Translations under genes and position numbers: made by a program
Origin: Spirochaetota bacterium
Lineage (GTDB): Bacteria > Spirochaetota > UBA4802 > UBA5550
Direction of reading: 5' to 3'
Length of the DNA: 64,000 bases
Assembly (NCBI GenBank): GCA_963664815.2
Contig: CAXXHB010000003.1
Coordinates: 672,001 to 736,000, forward strand
The notes under the pieces: generated by a model
What the model saw: the letters and a program-made list of their open reading frames with translations, nothing else
What the model was told of the DNA's origin: nothing
Database searches by the model: none
Shown here: piece after piece, positions 60,240 to 64,000 of the stretch
How the letters are laid out: every line of letters starts with the position of its first letter
Position numbering within the stretch: the stretch's first letter is position 1

Positions 60240-60584
60240 ATGCGTAACAAGTTTGTATTGTTTTTTATTCCAATACTTTTCTCTTTATTTTTTTCATGTG
60301 CTTCTTATAGCATTGATAACTTTATTCAAACAGGGAAAACTTTTTCACCTTTTCCTGAAAGTGAAGAAGTCGATGTAGTTATGCGTGCTGTTCCAAGTTA
60401 TAAAGTTATACCAATTGGGTTAATAAAAATATGTTACCAAGTTAATCTTTCTGAAGATGGTATAACAGAATTAAAAAAAGTTGCCAGGAGTAAAGGTGGG
60501 AATGTCATTGCTCTTTTTGAAAGTGGATACGAAGCTGGATATAAGTATTCAATTTATGAAGTAGCAAGGAAAGTAAATAATTAA
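60240..60584 (+). CDS. Small hypothetical lipoprotein
   Basis: GGAGG RBS; FFSC lipobox; LKKVARSKGGNVI resembles YbjQ/DUF74-like folds. Confidence 0.75.
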   Translation: MRNKFVLFFIPILFSLFFSCASYSIDNFIQTGKTFSPFPESEEVDVVMRAVPSYKVIPIGLIKICYQVNLSEDGITELKKVARSKGGNVIALFESGYEAGYKYSIYEVARKVNN

Positions 60585-60726
60585 AAAATTAATAAACAGA
60601 TACTGACACTTCAGCTTCGCATGTCACCGGCGTTTTTAACCATGGTTGGTGAATGGTTTAGAACCATGGTTTATCTGTTCAGTATCAAGCAGGAGACCGG
60701 GTGCGGCGCAGAATGCAGACAGATTC

Positions 60727-61650
60727 TCAGATCAGTGGTTCATTTACCTTAATATTATTTCTTATAATAAATTCATGGTAACCAGATATCTTTTTACCTG
60801 CAAAATTCATCTCCACTGCACTCACAGGGCAGTTGTTGATGCATCCAAGACATGCTATACATCTGCCTGTATCTGCAATTCCCTTTTCGGGATTAATGGC
60901 ATTTACCGGACAGGCCCTTCTGCATATTCCGCAGCCTGTGCATTTTTCCCTGTTTACCCTGTGACCGGTTATGAGCAGCTTTGTAAATCCGACAGACGGG
61001 CTGCCTTTAATCATATTTCTTATATCGAATTTCTTCAATAACTCTGAAGTTTCACCATGTTCAGCTTTTGACAGAACATCCCCGGCAAACTTTTCCGCAG
61101 CGCTGAATGTCCCTGCATCAGGTCTGCTGCTGTATTTAAGAAGATGTTCGGTACTCACAAATGGCCATGTAAGAGACCAGGAGAGCATACAGCTGAATCC
61201 GGCTGTACCTGCCGGAATACCCCCTTTTTCTTTCATGAGACCGGCAAGTTCACACACGGTATTATGCTGGTTGCCGCCATCCCCTCCGAATGTTACAAAG
61301 GCTGCAACAGGTATGCCGTCAATACGGTTTATGCCATTAATCCACTTTCTGAAGTTTTCAGGTACCTCATAGTAGTAGACAGGTGTACCGACAGCTATAA
61401 TGTCATACTTATCTATAGATTCACTGTTGATCTCCCTGTAATCTCCATAATTCACTTCAAGACCGGATTTTCTCCATGCTGCGGCTATGGCCAAACCTGT
61501 TCTTCTGGTGTTTCCTGTCTGACTGTACCAGACAACAAGCCCTCTGCGGATAATTTTATTTTTAATATCTGATCCTGACGGCCAGGGTTGTCCGCTGATA
61601 ATCCTCTCTGTTTTACCGGAATCTGTATTTTCAGCTGTTTTCTTTTTCAT
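60727..61650 (-). CDS. EFR1-type flavodoxin plus 2[4Fe-4S] ferredoxin
   Basis: YSQTGNT flavodoxin loop, GTPVYY, CTGCGICRRACP, CIACLGCINNCP. Start moved to ATG 61650 to avoid overlapping the upstream gene. Confidence 0.88.
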   Translation of the reverse strand: MKKKTAENTDSGKTERIISGQPWPSGSDIKNKIIRRGLVVWYSQTGNTRRTGLAIAAAWRKSGLEVNYGDYREINSESIDKYDIIAVGTPVYYYEVPENFRKWINGINRIDGIPVAAFVTFGGDGGNQHNTVCELAGLMKEKGGIPAGTAGFSCMLSWSLTWPFVSTEHLLKYSSRPDAGTFSAAEKFAGDVLSKAEHGETSELLKKFDIRNMIKGSPSVGFTKLLITGHRVNREKCTGCGICRRACPVNAINPEKGIADTGRCIACLGCINNCPVSAVEMNFAGKKISGYHEFIIRNNIKVNEPLI

Positions 61651-61754
61651 ATATAACTTCCACAATTCGATATTCGTCAAATTGTGGAAGTTATACTGTT
61701 TAGTCAAATAAATAAAGAATAAAAAAGAGGGCAGGGTAAAGAGGGGATAAGGAT

Positions 61755-62633
61755 TTATCCATCTATCAGCGCATAGCCGCCGGAGAGTATCTTCGATCCG
61801 TTGTTTCCCGTTACATCGAAAAAGAGATCGCCCCCTCCGGTGCTCTGCACTTTCCACAACAGGTTTATGCAGATATCTTCAGGGGGAACAACCATCCCTG
61901 AGAACCTGCAGTACATCTCCCTGAGCCTGCGGGGATTGCCCTCTGCTTCAGCATTGACTATCTCGCGTGCAGCGAAGGCCATTGTTGCTGTTCCCTGAAG
62001 GATAATATCCGGCAGACCAACCATGCGGGCAAAAGCTGATGAGGTATGTATTGGAAAATGTATGCTGGTGCACCCGTCATAGATGTATGGCCGCATACGG
62101 TCAATCTGTATAATACTTTTACGGAAAACATCACCAGCATGGTCATTTCGCGGTACCTGTGGCATGTCACCGGTACCGCACCCTTCGCCTGTGCACTGCA
62201 CTCCCCGTAACATCCCTCCGATATGCTCGGTAAAAACCGGGTTCCCTGATCTATCCACGGCATCATGTTTTACGACTATTACAGTCCCGGCGCGGTGAGG
62301 CATAACCGCCGCAATACATCCCTTTATGGTCAGTTCATCACCGGGGCCTAAGGGCCTGTGAAAAGCAAGGTGCTCCGTGTAGTGTACTCTTGTATTAAGT
62401 ATATCTTTCGGGAAATCTGCATCTTCGATAAAATCGATTATATGCTCCTGAACAGGCCATGTTACTGCCGCTGCGAACATTGGGGGAGCAATTACACTCC
62501 TGTTTTCAGTGTCATCAAAGTAGGCGGGATTATCATCATTTACAGCTGAGGCATAATTCATGGTCGCGCGCGAAGTTATGGTAGTGCTGTAATCCTTCAG
62601 CTTTGTACCGGCAAATGACGAATCTATCTTCAT
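61755..62633 (-). CDS. MaoC-family (double hot-dog) dehydratase
   Basis: YA.AV.D.NP, APPMF, HYTEHL.FHRPL, PIHT...FA...GLP.IILQG, RFSGMVVP; AAGGAG RBS before ATG 62633. Confidence 0.88.
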   Translation of the reverse strand: MKIDSSFAGTKLKDYSTTITSRATMNYASAVNDDNPAYFDDTENRSVIAPPMFAAAVTWPVQEHIIDFIEDADFPKDILNTRVHYTEHLAFHRPLGPGDELTIKGCIAAVMPHRAGTVIVVKHDAVDRSGNPVFTEHIGGMLRGVQCTGEGCGTGDMPQVPRNDHAGDVFRKSIIQIDRMRPYIYDGCTSIHFPIHTSSAFARMVGLPDIILQGTATMAFAAREIVNAEAEGNPRRLREMYCRFSGMVVPPEDICINLLWKVQSTGGGDLFFDVTGNNGSKILSGGYALIDG

Positions 62634-63052
62634 ATTAATCTCCTTCATTCCTCGATCCACTGCTTAATAGGCAGGACATGATCATTTTAAAATAAAATAA
62701 TCAATTCAATATAGTTTTTATTTTTTTATGAAAAGAGTGGATCAGATGTATATAACAGCTGTAAAACCGCTTTAATATCGGGTAAAATTCAACTGGGATA
62801 TACAGGCATTCAGCTACGTTCAGTACAGGTACTTCTATCAAAGAGAGTGAGCGGATTCGAACCGCAGTACAGGTAATACACATTAAATCCTCTGAATCAG
62901 AGTAATTCAGAGAGTGTGAGTGTTTAATCTGACGAGCTTCTTATATAAAAAAATGAAGCATAGCTGTTACTTTTATTTTTAATACACAAAAAAAGAGTTG
63001 AAAAACAATTTTGTTTCTATAAAATTCCCTAAAAAGGATAAAGGAGATACCA

Positions 63053-63970
63053 ATGTTTAAATTAAAAAGTTTTATTTTACTGCCGGTTTTTTTATTGGTT
63101 ACAGTTTTTTATGCAGGAAATGTCATGGCTGAGTCTTACCAGTATGAGGTTAATGGCACCTACATAAATGAAAAAACTGATAATACCAAGACGAACTCAT
63201 ACATGGCAGATGCTGTATTTAATTTCAAGGAAGTAAACCTGGACAAAGTGCCCTGGGAGGAAGCTGCGTTTTTACAGAAAGTTGGTTATGTTTCGATTAA
63301 TGGATTGCTTGCTGATTATAAAGACGATCGAAATACAGTAAAATTAGATTATAACAGATTCGGCATTGATTTCGGCTATGTGCTTCCCAAAGTTCCTTTT
63401 TTGGTAAAGTTATCTTATCAGAGGCTTAAGGATGACGGGTCATTTATGGATTCCGGAGTCAAATATGATCTTAAAGATACGAAAAATACATTTAGCGGGG
63501 AATTAGGCTATTATATTATTGATGGTCTTGACGTAGCCGCATCTTACGAAAAAAGAATAAAAGATGATAAAACTTCCATAAATAAGGACACAAAAACGGA
63601 TATCTATGGTGCGAATTTTAAATATGTTACAATGTTCAGCAATGAGATGGGGATAAATATAGCCGGTAGTTATAATTACCAGACAGATAAAAGCACTCAA
63701 CCGGGAAGAAATGATCTGAAAGAAAAAAATAAAATTTATAAAATAGAAGGCACTTTTTATGTTATTCCACAGATCGGTCTTGGCTGTGACGGTGAATTCA
63801 ACAGAGGTGATAATAAAGATGATGCAGGAAATACCTACTCTGCCTGGATTAAAGCATATATTATACCGAATATTGGTCTATCTGTCGGATATAGTATCTT
63901 CAAACCTGAAAACACCAGAGATGCAGAAGAAAAAAAGATGTTCATGGCGGCCCTTACCGGAAGAATCTGA
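63053..63970 (+). CDS. Putative outer-membrane beta-barrel porin
   Basis: Signal peptide VMA/E, P.EEAAFL motif, alternating beta strands, C-terminal LTGRI. Confidence 0.75.
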   Translation: MFKLKSFILLPVFLLVTVFYAGNVMAESYQYEVNGTYINEKTDNTKTNSYMADAVFNFKEVNLDKVPWEEAAFLQKVGYVSINGLLADYKDDRNTVKLDYNRFGIDFGYVLPKVPFLVKLSYQRLKDDGSFMDSGVKYDLKDTKNTFSGELGYYIIDGLDVAASYEKRIKDDKTSINKDTKTDIYGANFKYVTMFSNEMGINIAGSYNYQTDKSTQPGRNDLKEKNKIYKIEGTFYVIPQIGLGCDGEFNRGDNKDDAGNTYSAWIKAYIIPNIGLSVGYSIFKPENTRDAEEKKMFMAALTGRI

Positions 63971-64000
63971 TATTCAACTCCTTCCATGGGTCTGAGGGGT

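Noticed and set aside
62843-62944. Complete tRNA gene
   Set aside because: Only a T-arm-like piece; no D-arm, anticodon arm or pairing acceptor 5' strand.

Overview
AT-rich window from an anaerobic diderm bacterium (Omp85 and porin genes, Tat and lipoprotein signals). A spirochaete-like host is only an inference from the lipoboxes and gene content. Bases 1-18 kb form a hydrogen/formate/C1 energy cluster: hypE(partial)-hypD, fhs, folD, a complete qrcABCD quinone-reductase complex, fdhE, and a Tat-exported formate dehydrogenase. The dehydrogenase alpha subunit is one ~1024-aa selenoprotein read through an in-frame UGA (17186-17188) with a SECIS hairpin; the ORF track splits it in two. Bases 18-64 kb are a mosaic accessory region. 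It holds toxin-antitoxin genes and remnants, a DUF2188 plus nucleoside-deoxyribosyltransferase-like gene pair, MarR and TetR modules with visible operators, a lyase-LeuC-LeuD-like operon, an unusual 1371-aa hybrid sensor kinase/AraC protein, exported repeat proteins and a truncated fdtAB-glycosyltransferase operon. It also carries several families of dispersed non-coding repeats, one of which occurs in three copies, each upstream of a different transcription unit. No rRNA, complete tRNA, CRISPR array, integrase or transposase was recognised. All family assignments are from motifs read by eye, not from database searches.
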